Virus record (IMG/VR): IMGVR_UViG_3300032301_000767
Coordinates: 6,370-70,369 of that record
DNA: 64,000 nt
Reading direction: 5' to 3' (one strand)
Source of the DNA: a virus
Taxonomy: Duplodnaviria > Caudoviricetes
Part shown: in pieces, positions 9,154 through 20,300 of the stretch
Position numbering within the stretch: position 1 is the stretch's first letter
Layout of the letters: each line of letters opens with the position of its first letter
Notes under the pieces: generated by a model
Told to the model about the DNA's origin: nothing
Database searches by the model: none
What the model saw: the letters and a program-made list of their open reading frames with translations, nothing else
Position numbers and translations under genes: made by a program

Positions 9154-10122
9154 TTAAAAATTAATTCCTAATCTGTATTCAATATCCATTTCTTTTCCAA
9201 GATTTTTAATCTGTGGTGTAGCCAGTACGGATCTACTTATCATTCCGTAATCAGTTCTAAATGAGTCTTCATCGTTTATTCTTAAACCATCAAACAAAAC
9301 ATTTGCTGTTGTTGATGCGTTTGCTTTTGCTCCTACTGATATCTTAACTATAGACTGATTTGGCGACCCAACATTAAATCCAGTAGTATTGCTTTGAGAT
9401 ATGTTGTCGTACAAGTATCTTAAATTTAACTTTAATAGCTTGCTGCCAATAGATGAACCATTAAACCTTGCTTCGTAATAGTCTGAGTCTGAACTATAAA
9501 ATCTAACAAATACATACTGAAGGTTTGTATCTGATTGCCTGTAGGATAAAGTTATGCTGTCTTCGCTGCTATATCCAAGTAAGTCAAAATCTGTGGTGTA
9601 AGTATATTGCTTTATTCCGCCATTTGTAGAAGTCAAAGAAATCCATTTTGTACCAATTAAAGGCGCTGGGCTAAATTCTTGTGTGGCTGGGGAAGATCCG
9701 TCTAGCCAAAGAGTATTGTTTTCAAAAGTAGAAATAATTTTACTCTGATAATCTGTGTCATTAAATCCTATAGATGGGAACAATCCAACCTCATTTATAT
9801 ATCCAGAAACATCTACGGGCAATGTTGTTTTATAAACAACTGCATATGAAGTCTGTCCCGTTGCAGAGCTGGTCTGTATATCTGCGCTCTGCACAGAAGC
9901 TCTTGATTTGTAAAATTCAAAGTCTAGCTGCGTATCATTTACCGTAGGAGCACTTGTTCCTATTCCTATTGCAATATCTTTAGATTCAGCGTTTCCAGTT
10001 CCAGCAAGATACTGAGTTAAATACCTTTTGCCAAATTTAGTAAGTAAGTTTTTACTTCTATAAATTTCTTTTCCATCTTCATAGAACACATATGTGCCGT
10101 GCAATCCAATGCTATATTCCAT
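9154..10122 (-). CDS. Minor tail/baseplate-like protein
   Basis: NLLTKFGKRYL...IAIGIG...INEVGLF pattern typical of tail proteins; start refined to 10122. Confidence 0.6.
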   Translation of the reverse strand: MEYSIGLHGTYVFYEDGKEIYRSKNLLTKFGKRYLTQYLAGTGNAESKDIAIGIGTSAPTVNDTQLDFEFYKSRASVQSADIQTSSATGQTSYAVVYKTTLPVDVSGYINEVGLFPSIGFNDTDYQSKIISTFENNTLWLDGSSPATQEFSPAPLIGTKWISLTSTNGGIKQYTYTTDFDLLGYSSEDSITLSYRQSDTNLQYVFVRFYSSDSDYYEARFNGSSIGSKLLKLNLRYLYDNISQSNTTGFNVGSPNQSIVKISVGAKANASTTANVLFDGLRINDEDSFRTDYGMISRSVLATPQIKNLGKEMDIEYRLGINF

Positions 10123-10471
10123 ATACTCTAGCTCCAACCACAGAATCTCCAACGTGATTCTTGACATTTATTGTAAATCTAACTAAATCGTTTTTGTTTC
10201 CGTCTCTTATTTTTTCTTTTTTTACTATGGTTATATCTGAAAGATTAGGTGCAACCTTTAGATTTATTTCTTTATCTTTATCTTTATCGTCGTCATCATC
10301 ATCTTCGTCTTCTTCTGGAGGCAAAACACTTTCTTTAAATTTGGCGGCAAGTGTATTTCTAGGTATTATGTTTACAAGCTCTGGCTTTAAAACATTAATT
10401 AATGGGTCTCCCTCTACAAGGGTGTATTTTGGAGCCCTTAATATTTTACCAACTGGAGTATCGTTTGCCAT
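10112..10471 (-). CDS. Hypothetical tail-module protein with acidic tract
   Basis: AAGG RBS; contains EEDEDDDDDDKDKDKE. Confidence 0.6.
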   Translation of the reverse strand: MANDTPVGKILRAPKYTLVEGDPLINVLKPELVNIIPRNTLAAKFKESVLPPEEDEDDDDDDKDKDKEINLKVAPNLSDITIVKKEKIRDGNKNDLVRFTINVKNHVGDSVVGARVYGI

Positions 10472-10481
10472 TATGTTCCTC

Positions 10482-13400
10482 TTATCCCTGACTATAAATT
10501 GATCTAGCTACCACAGAGGTGGTGCCACTTAACTCTGATGTAGTATCAACTTCAATGATAACATATTTTATAACACTTTGTCCAATATCTTCAGATGAAT
10601 ACAAATAGTTGTTTGGGTAAGATACCTCAATGATATCTCCTATTTGCAATAAGGGGTTAAAAAAGGTCTCTATGTTTATAACTCTTTGCTGCTTTGACCA
10701 TTGATTGCGTATCCAGTCATGTAGCTCTTTTGCCTCAGTTTCTTTTTGAAGCCAAGTAGAATCAAATGCAATTCCTTGCTTTTTATCCTCATCTGTTAAT
10801 TTTGGATCTATGTACTCAAATGGATCTTTAGGGAGCACGTAGTCTCCAACAACCATAAGTCTTTTATCTCCGCCGTCTGATAGCTCTGTAAATGCCCCAG
10901 AGTTATTTAATACAAACACATCCATTGAAAAAGCATCTAAAGATTCTCCAACAACTGTAACATTTGGATTTAATATAACCTCTGTATATCTTGGCGACGC
11001 TGGGGAGTAAGTATATCTAGTTTGAATTCTCTTAAGCTCTCTTGCTACTGGACCAAACTCCCTAACCCAAAGGGTTGAGTCGGACGGGTTGCTCTTGCCA
11101 GAAAATACAAAGTCTGAAAACATTTTAACTAGAGAAGAGTTGTTTCCAAACAAACCTTTATAAACACTGTATGGATTATTTTCTGTGTACTCCTGCTCTG
11201 ATATTGGCTGTGCGTATACGTAGTCATACGATACAGGGCCTTGAAAAGAAGTAAGTGCAAATTTGTTAGTCATTGGTATAGGGGTCTTATCGTGTATAGC
11301 AAAAACAGTATTGTTAAATATAACCTTAAAAACTAAATTTGTTTCAGATCCATTTTTTATACTTCTATTTACTTTTATGTCTAGCCTATAAAGCTCTCCA
11401 CCATTTATTCCAGTTATCTTAGAGGAACCCTCGTTGGTCTGAGTGTCTACCATTTCAGTTAGTTTCCCATTAACAATTTTATACATTGTTATATCTCTAT
11501 AGTTTTTATCTTTAGTTACGTTTTGGCTAGTATTCACACACAAAAAGTATCCAGAAGTGTTATCGGAATTTAAACAAAAAGCTATGCCACCTTTAGTTCT
11601 TTGCTCTGCTGTATCCTGGCCAGAGGCGTTTTTAATAAGTGGGAAGTACATGCTAGTTCCTATTATAAAATTATTGCTTGCCCAACTGGCTCCATCATTA
11701 GAGTACGTTGTAACTGGGCCACCCATTAAATTTTTATCCATGTAATTTGGATACACCATTGTCAGCAAATCATTATCTGCATAACCCTTATATACAGTAT
11801 TTGTTACTGGGTCAGTTATATCTTTTACTACAGTGTTAGGGGAGAATATCGTCATCATAGATCTTGCTATGTCTTGTGAGAAATTCCACTTCCATGAATT
11901 GCCTGTTGCTGGAATTGAGTCTAATGTAAAGTTGGAGCTGTTTAAAGAAGCTGAACCAGTTGTTGTATTTAAAACTGCACCTGTCCATTCACCCTTTAGC
12001 TGTGCGGTATTTATGCTGTGATCTGCTGGTCCGCTTAGTATGCCAAAAGCATTTCTTTGTTTAATTCTATACTGCTTTTCTGGCTTAAATGTACTAGGCT
12101 CTGACAAACCCTCCCACTTACTTATATCAGCATCACTTGTAACCCATATGTATTTAATTGTACCTGCTGGTGTATCCTTCGGCTGATATTGAAATTTTAT
12201 AGCGTCGTACTCTATTACCTCTTGCTCTACAACTAAGTACCCAGAATATGAATTTAATTTTGTTGCGTACCCGTCTACAATTACTGGCTCTAAACTTATA
12301 ACTCCCAGTGGTGAAGCACCAGTTCCATTTAGGTCTGGCTCTGGCGTAGCAACAGCTGGCAATGGAGCAATTAAAGCTGCTGCTCCTAAAACTGTTACTG
12401 GTGCATCGTATAAATCATCTGCATCATTACTATAGTTGGAGGAGAGCCTTGGAGTATATATTATCTTAACTGCTTTAACTGATGGCACATCAGTAGAAGA
12501 TAGGCTAATTATGTTAGATAAATTTGATCCGTTTGTATCGTATCTAAATTTAAAATCTGTTGTTGTTGAGTCAAATATGTACTCTCTGGTATAAAATTGA
12601 AGAACATTGTTTTCATCAAATGTAGCAATCATTTGAGTGTCTCTACACAAGTCTTGCACATGCTCCCAAACAGTTTTCCCTGGATCTGTATACCAATAGT
12701 AAGGCCTAATGCTAGATTTGTCTTTATCTCTTTTATTAAAATTATATGTTGTAAATCCAATGGAGTCCAAAAGCCTTCTCACAATTGCTTGAGATGAGGA
12801 ATCTTTAATTACAATGTCTGGAGGAAAAATTTCTTGTAGCTCTTTAGCTCCATCCAAAGCTTGGGCTGTTATATTTCCATTTTCATCCACACTGTATTCC
12901 GACAAGAAATATGTACCTTGCTTTATTTTTTCAGATTCAATTACATAAAATGGAGTTACTATTGCATCTCTATAAAAGTTAGCTTTTAAATAATTAAATG
13001 CGTATTGCTTATCATACAGAAAATAAGATTTATCAAAAAAATTAAACAAGAACTCTGCCATATTAGATGTTACATTACCTACTGGAAGAAGCCCGTCTGG
13101 AGAATCTGATGCCTGCTTCTTAATGCTAAATGATACAAGGTCTGAAGAAAGGTCTTTAACAAATCTTCCAGACACTTCAATGATTCCAACATAGCCGTTA
13201 GCCACTGTAACCGTATTTATCTCAAGAGAAATTTTACTTATATTTATTGGAGTAGATGGGTTTGTAAACTCTGTAGTAGACCAAGAGGAACCATTGTAAT
13301 ATAAGTTAAGCATTCCATTTGCTGGTATTGTTGCGGTGGCATTTGTTGCAATTGTAACTGGAGATCCAGTTATTGGTGTTGCCTTTATTGACCATGTTGC

Positions 13401-13901
13401 TGGTAGTCCGTGAGAAGACTCAAATTTAACAGTAATTTTATTTATTGCTGCAGTTTTTGCTGCTGGGTAGTTTACATCAATTATGCAATTTGACAATGCG
13501 CTTTCAGATGCTTTGGGAGTGATCCAGTATTTGTATGATGTTTTCATTCCTGGAAGATACATCCTTGTTGCAAATGCTGCATCTGCAGAATACTTAATTG
13601 TTTTTTGTGCCTTTGGATCACCTAGAACAAAGTATTGAATTCCAGATAGCTGTGGTCTTCTTGGAATAATTATAGAGGTTAGCGGAAACAACTTTGTAAA
13701 AGGTTTATATTTTGATCCGTCACCAGCTGTTTTTTCTACGTCTAAAGTTCCTGCTGGATTATCCGCAGTTCCTCCTGGACCCCTAACTGTGACTCCATCA
13801 ATAATATCATTCATGTTATATTCTATCCAACACTTTGGAGTGTACTCGATATAGTTGGACTGATTAATTTTATTAAGAGTTATTGGATATGACGATAACA
13901 T
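10482..13901 (-). CDS. Large minor tail protein (hub/Tal-like)
   Basis: 1139 aa, two genes after the tape measure; C-terminal FNPLLQIGDIIEV motif of tail hub proteins. Confidence 0.7.
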   Translation of the reverse strand: MLSSYPITLNKINQSNYIEYTPKCWIEYNMNDIIDGVTVRGPGGTADNPAGTLDVEKTAGDGSKYKPFTKLFPLTSIIIPRRPQLSGIQYFVLGDPKAQKTIKYSADAAFATRMYLPGMKTSYKYWITPKASESALSNCIIDVNYPAAKTAAINKITVKFESSHGLPATWSIKATPITGSPVTIATNATATIPANGMLNLYYNGSSWSTTEFTNPSTPINISKISLEINTVTVANGYVGIIEVSGRFVKDLSSDLVSFSIKKQASDSPDGLLPVGNVTSNMAEFLFNFFDKSYFLYDKQYAFNYLKANFYRDAIVTPFYVIESEKIKQGTYFLSEYSVDENGNITAQALDGAKELQEIFPPDIVIKDSSSQAIVRRLLDSIGFTTYNFNKRDKDKSSIRPYYWYTDPGKTVWEHVQDLCRDTQMIATFDENNVLQFYTREYIFDSTTTDFKFRYDTNGSNLSNIISLSSTDVPSVKAVKIIYTPRLSSNYSNDADDLYDAPVTVLGAAALIAPLPAVATPEPDLNGTGASPLGVISLEPVIVDGYATKLNSYSGYLVVEQEVIEYDAIKFQYQPKDTPAGTIKYIWVTSDADISKWEGLSEPSTFKPEKQYRIKQRNAFGILSGPADHSINTAQLKGEWTGAVLNTTTGSASLNSSNFTLDSIPATGNSWKWNFSQDIARSMMTIFSPNTVVKDITDPVTNTVYKGYADNDLLTMVYPNYMDKNLMGGPVTTYSNDGASWASNNFIIGTSMYFPLIKNASGQDTAEQRTKGGIAFCLNSDNTSGYFLCVNTSQNVTKDKNYRDITMYKIVNGKLTEMVDTQTNEGSSKITGINGGELYRLDIKVNRSIKNGSETNLVFKVIFNNTVFAIHDKTPIPMTNKFALTSFQGPVSYDYVYAQPISEQEYTENNPYSVYKGLFGNNSSLVKMFSDFVFSGKSNPSDSTLWVREFGPVARELKRIQTRYTYSPASPRYTEVILNPNVTVVGESLDAFSMDVFVLNNSGAFTELSDGGDKRLMVVGDYVLPKDPFEYIDPKLTDEDKKQGIAFDSTWLQKETEAKELHDWIRNQWSKQQRVINIETFFNPLLQIGDIIEVSYPNNYLYSSEDIGQSVIKYVIIEVDTTSELSGTTSVVARSIYSQG

Positions 13902-14350
13902 TAAACTTCTTCCAGGCTTATATTAGCATCCCAAAATTCTTGAGCGACATCCGTACTTTTTTCTTTTACATTTCTTTTAACTACAGTAAAAGAACATGAT
14001 GTAAAAAATGCATTAAATATTTCTTCTCTGACTCCGTTGTATGAAATCTTTACTCTAAATGCAGACTTGCCCGTTGTAAGGTAGAAGTTTCTAAGTTCCC
14101 ATGCTCCGTAACCGCCATCAACTGTCATCGTTGCATAGGAAGGAAGCATGTTCCATGAAGCAGATATATTTTTCTTATCAGCAATCCAAAGTTTTCTAAG
14201 AGAACCGTTTGCCATTCTTTGGCTTTGTTCATGCCTATATGTTTCAATTGATACTGGTGATCTATTATGTTCAGACAATTTAATCCAAGTATTAGAATTT
14301 GGGGTTGACTCGAAGTACAGTATGGATCCTACTGGAAGGGTTAATGTCAT
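13901..14350 (-). CDS. Distal tail protein-like
   Basis: Immediately after the tape measure; RMANGSLR and terminal ISLEEV pattern. Confidence 0.6.
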   Translation of the reverse strand: MTLTLPVGSILYFESTPNSNTWIKLSEHNRSPVSIETYRHEQSQRMANGSLRKLWIADKKNISASWNMLPSYATMTVDGGYGAWELRNFYLTTGKSAFRVKISYNGVREEIFNAFFTSCSFTVVKRNVKEKSTDVAQEFWDANISLEEV

Positions 14351-17300
14351 TTACTAGCCACCTTAATGTTTTTGTTTTCTCCTACCATTTTAACATTATT
14401 CTTTGTTACTGACTGGAATATCTTTACGGCAGCTTCGCTAGCCTTTCTAACAAGCTGATCCTCATTCATTCCTGGAGTAGCGTGTATATGCTGTGTATAA
14501 TTTAATGTCTGGGCTCCTCCAGAAGAACCACCTACTGGAGAAAGATTTGCCTTCTTGATATCAAATCTAGGAGATGCATAGGGAATGCTACTTATATTAG
14601 GGATAATCATATTTCTATATGCTATCTCTGGCCCTTCATCTCCAACAATAGTAGGGACTCTTGGGTTAAGCTTCATTGTTCCCTTACCAGCTTTTACAAC
14701 TGGACCAACTTCATTATTTTTAAATGAGTGGGTTCTCTTTCCGCCATCTTTTTCAACTGCGTATGTTTTGCCAGCATATTCAAAGATCCAATACTGGGCT
14801 CCATTTGCGGCAATGTACTGTCTGGTTTGTTTTCCAGTTGCAGCTTTTTGTGCAACTTCTTTTAATGAGCCGTCGCTTCTACTAAATGATGCTGCATCTA
14901 CACCAAATGATTCTCCAGCCTTAGTCTTTACATATCCAGTGCTACTTCCTTCTGAACTTAATTTAATAGACTTGCCAGTTATAAATAAGTTTTCTATCTT
15001 TGCATTTTTTAAAGAATCTGTTATTGCAGACATTATTCCATTTTTAGGATCTGTAAACTGTGAGACTGCGGAGCTGACGGCATCCATTCCATCTTTAACC
15101 TTAATACCAGCAACCTTTAAATTGTTGCTTACTACTGCCGCTTGTTTCTGAGCAGCCTTGGATTCTTTTACATAAGTTGCAATATCTTTACCTGCAGCAA
15201 ATGCATTAATTGCAAGCGCAAGCATAGATCCGTTTACGTCATCAATTTCTTTCTTTTGCTTAACAATTGAATCATTTAATTTTGACAAGCCTTCTGATGC
15301 TATTGCAGCTGCATCATTTAATTTTTCGTTTTTATTATTAAGGGCATCAATTTTAGATTGAGGCTTAACATTTGCAGCATCTCTAGCATTTTCAATTGCT
15401 GAGACTTGTGAGTTGTACTGCATTGTTGACTGGTAGCCCTTAATGTCTAATTGATACTGCTGTGCTTTTGCGGTATCTCCAGTTGCTACAGCCTGATTAT
15501 ATCCGAGCTTAGCCTTTTCAATTTCTCTGGCCAGGTCGCCTTCGGTCTTAGCAATATCTAATGCTTTTAGTCTAGCGTCAGCAAGCTTATTATTTAAATC
15601 AATTTCTTTTTGTAATGCCTTGATTGCATCTCTAGTTTTTATTTGTGAGGCTGCTGATTGTCCCTTGGCAGCTGACATTAATTTCTTTTGCTGTGCGGTT
15701 AGTTTTTCAAGATTATTGTACTGCTTTTCAAGCAATCCGCCAGAGCCAGAGTTAGCAGTCTCTATTGCGGTTTGCATTGCTGTTCCAGCAGACACTAGGC
15801 CTGCCACCTGAACGGCATTTAGTCTTGACAGGTCTCCAGCATATCCCTGAGTTGTTAATCTTATTTTTTGCCACAAGCTGATAACAGTATCTTGTTCACT
15901 AGCAAATTCACGAATTGCTGGGTTTGTTTTTTCTAGTTCTGCTAGGGTCTCTTCTGTTATTGTAACCCCACGCTCCTTAGATTGGTTAACTTGATTTGTT
16001 ACCTGTAGCTCTGCCTGAAGCTGAGTTAGAACTTCCTTCTTGCCAGACTTATCTGCGCTAGCAGCTTTTCTGCTCTTGTCTATAGCTTCTTGAACAGCGG
16101 TGTCCATTGCAGTCATTGCGGTCTGTACAGTTCCAGCTCCTTCTCTTCCGCCTTGCTTCGAGGTGCGAGCATAAGAGCTTACTGCATATTTTGCTGTTGT
16201 CTGTGCGTCAGTCATGCTATTAAATGCACTATTTTTTACAGTTGAGGCTAGGGCAGCAGATCCCTTTTCTGAAACCTTAAACATAGCATAAATCTTTTTA
16301 GTTGCTTCATCTGCAGATAAGCCAGCTGCTATTAGTTGTGCCTTTAAGTCTGTTGCAACATTTTGTAGGTTGCCAGAGCCAGATGTTTGATTTATTAATT
16401 TAATTTGATCAGCATATGTAGACTTGACTTCTTTTCTAAGCTTCTTATATTCTTCAATTGTCATTTCAATTGGTAGCTTAGCCGACATCATGCTATCGTA
16501 AACTAAAGCATTTGCTTCTTTTAAAGCCTTGGCATCTTCAATTGTTGTCTTCATCTTTTGATTGTAGTCTGTGAACTTTAATCCAGCTTTTTGTGCCGCT
16601 TCTCCAGTGAGAGAATACTGAGTCATTCCAATTCTTAAATGCTCGTTATGATCGGACCATTTCTTTAAACCAAGAGCAACTGCTGCAGTCACTACTCCAA
16701 TACCTATACCTACTGGATTTAATAGCAGTGGTAATCTAGAAAGTATTCCGCCAACTTTGCTTAATACGCCTGCAAACTTTCCACCGCTTGAGCCTAATGC
16801 TGCTAATTTAGCGGACATCTTTTCCATAGCTGGGAATGATTTAGTAAATTTACTTGGAAGCTTTGATGCTGCATCTCCTGCTACATCTGCACCATCTCCT
16901 GCAGATTTACCCCTACGCATGTAAGGCAAGCCTCCGACTAATCCTGACAGCAACATTCCGCCAATCATTCCGCCTGTGTCTCCGCCAATCATAGAGCCCA
17001 GCATGTTGCCGCCCATAAATCCTGCTGAAGAAAGCAAGCTGCTTCCAATAAGTTTTCCTATTTCTCCGCCTTTAGCATATCCTGGAATTATACCCCCAGA
17101 ATTTTTAGGAACAAATATCTCTGGTCCCTTTTCGCCTACAAGGTATGGCCTTCCTGCGTTTACTGGGCCGCCCTTTTCACGAGCTGCATCATAAACTGCT
17201 TCTACCTGTATCTTGTTTTTTTCTGCAGATACAACTCTAAACTTTCCGCCCATGTAAACTTCACTTTCATTTACTTTTACTGGACCACGTGGGGACTGGA

Positions 17301-20300
17301 ATGTAAGATCTGGAAATATTTCTGATGCTGCGACTGCATTTCTATTCTTAACATCTGCAATAATTTGAAGTTCTCCAAATCCATCTGCAGTATCTTTATT
17401 TTTACTCCAAGAAGATCGGCGCATAATAAATTCTTTTCCAACCATGTCAGACCATCTTCCTTCTTTTATTAATTCAGAAAGAACTGGTGGAAGTGATTGT
17501 GGATTTCTTACTCCTCGATGAAGCCTTCCAGTAAACTTTGTTCTTATTGAAGAAAGATGCTGCTGGACTGCTGGGTCATTTATTGCACCATAGTCACCCA
17601 TCATGTAATTATAAAGAGCTGATTTTGCTCTGCTCTCTACATCGCCTAGATCAAATGCTTTTGCGCCAGTTTGCTTCATGTATCCAGATCCACCCTTATA
17701 AATTATCTGTGGGGCTACATGCTGATTTCTAACTTGTACTGGTCCACGGTATCTTCCAATTTGAAGAGGGCCGTGCAAAGGATCTTGATTAGCCAGATCT
17801 TGATAATATGACCTTGGCATTGGATATTTTGCTTCTCTTGCAGGTAATCCAGTAGTTGGAATTTCTCCGTTTGGGTACTTAGCAAATTGTCTTGCTTGTG
17901 ACTCCTGTACTTCTGGACTAACTCCATCTTGACGCCATGATCTCCAGCCCATAGACTTTTTTGTTAATCTAGGTGGAAGACCACCGTATCCAAATTTACC
18001 AATATGAACTTTTCCGCCAAGTGCTCCACCTGCATTTTTTTCTGCTGCTCTCGCCCAATCTAGATTTGCTGCGTGGAGAAAATCAATATCTTCTTTTCTA
18101 TTTCCTTCATGCCGTCCTATTTTTACAGTAAATCCATCTGCAGACAAGATAGCTTCTTGTGGTGAAGTCGAGGCGCCTCTTTTAGTTCCTTGATATTTAT
18201 CTACTGAGCTTGTTGCAACCTTAAACTGATTCCATAGTTTACGCAAGGTTTTATTCCCAGTTTCTCTAATATAATTAGTTATTAAAGAATTAGAAATAGA
18301 GTGGTATGGATTATTTCTATCAGTTAACAATACTCCCTTTGCATCCATTTCGGAAAGTCTTAATAAATATGCATTTTCTATTTCAATTGCCAATGCTTTT
18401 CTTTCAGCAAGCGGCATAACCTTCGAAGGTATTGCGCTCAAGAATCCATCTGTAGAGCCATAGATTGATCTCTTGGTTCCTCCAAGTAGGCCCTTTGTAG
18501 ATTTAGTATAGTTTCTCAATCCTTTTAGGTACTCTTTGATCGGTGCTCCCTTAGAGCCATCCTTCATGAGCTCATTTGTATTTCCTGATTTTTTAGAATA
18601 CAAACCAGTAAATGGTTTTGTAAACCATACATCTCCAGCTTTTGCGCCTCTCGGACTAAATCCTGGCACCATTTTCTTTACACCAGATATTGCTGCGCCA
18701 AATTTTAATGGGCTGTGAAGTCCAGTTAATCTTCCATAGTTATTCTTAGAAGACATAACCGCTCCGCCAAGAGCGTATGGCTCAACCACATTTCCATTAT
18801 TTGCCCACTCTAATGTAGGCATCATTGGCTTAGCTATTTCTGGTGGGAAATATGTTTCACCTGGCGTTAGTAGTGCTGGTACAATTTTTCCACCAGCGTT
18901 TAAACCTTGAACCGCTATATCTACAAGAGGCTTATTTTTCTTTGATGCTTCTTGATTTAATATGAATCCGCCTTCTTGCAATAGGGCTGGAGTGTTATCA
19001 TAATTTATTGACGTATCCCCTGGAACTATGTTTCCATCTCTGGAAGGATCATATACCCGTCCACCATCATTTAACTTTTTAGGTCTAGGCTTAGTTGTTT
19101 CAATACTAAAGCCTCCACCAGAAGTTCTTACTCCAAGATTTCTTGCAATTGCATCAATTGTGCTTGCAGTACTACCCTTATGAAATAGCTCCTTCATATT
19201 TGATTTTCCGCCTGGACCAATAACAGACTGCCCAGTTAATGGAACTGTAGTAAGATTTATTCCTCTTCCCATGCTTCCAGCTGCTAATGTAGCAGATTCC
19301 GCCATCATCTTTTCTATGACTAAGTTCAATTGAATTATTTGAGCTCTTGCTTGTTCTACTGTTATCTTTCCAGCTTGAAGTTGTGCAACAATAGCCTTTG
19401 ATTCTGCTGCTGCAAGTGTTGTTAACTCCATCATAGGTGGGAGCATTGCAGAATATGCATCTGAAAGTGATGCTGTTATTGTTCCCGTTGCTGATATTTC
19501 TTTTTTAAGTAAAGCTAATTCTGCTTCTGACTGAGTTGCAATTGCTGCTGTCATTGCATGCCATCTGGCTGCTTCTTCTGCAACTACGCCAGTAGACACT
19601 CCATTAATTGCAGTTAGGCCGCTGATCTTTGGCATATCCCCTGTTGCGTACATCTGTGGATTTTTGCCAATTCTTACGTTGACTGGGCCTGGGTTAGGTA
19701 CGGTTCCAAATATTGTTCCTGGCTGCTCAATTGCTGCTGGAATCATGTGAGCCATCTGTCTTGCGTAAGGCTTTCCAATTAATGGGTGGCTCTTGTCTGC
19801 CATTCTTTCGCCTTGTACTGCACGAGCAGCACCTGTTTGCATTACGGCAGGGTTTCCTTGCATAGTACTAAACGATGCTGATACCGCTACACTAGACGAC
19901 AAGGCTTTATCTTTTAAGACATCAAATGATTGTGCAAGAGAATATACTGCATCCTTTAATGTTGCTGAGGCTTTTGCATCACTATAGAATGATTGTTCAA
20001 GCAATGTTCCAGCTTTGCTTGCCGCCATTATTTCTGGGGTAAGTAGTTTAAATCCGTCTCCACCCTTGAACAAATTCTTTAAGTGGAATACACCCTTTAT
20101 TACATATCCAAAGAAGTTTGCAAGTACACCAGTAAGCATAAGTAGTGGTCCAGCTAAAGCTGTTAATCCGCCCATAAGTGTTAGAAGACTTTTAACTGGA
20201 GCAGGGAGCTTGTCTACAAACTTTACAATGGCTGAAATTGTTTCTAAAACAAATGTACTTATCTTTAAAAATGATTCTCCAACTGCAGCCATATCTGCTC

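Noticed and set aside
14585-15151. Long plus-strand ORFs (also 27989..28492, 43207..43677, 55327..55947) and minus-strand 60609..61115
   Set aside because: They lie fully antisense to well-supported genes and have no recognisable motifs; this is expected from codon bias.
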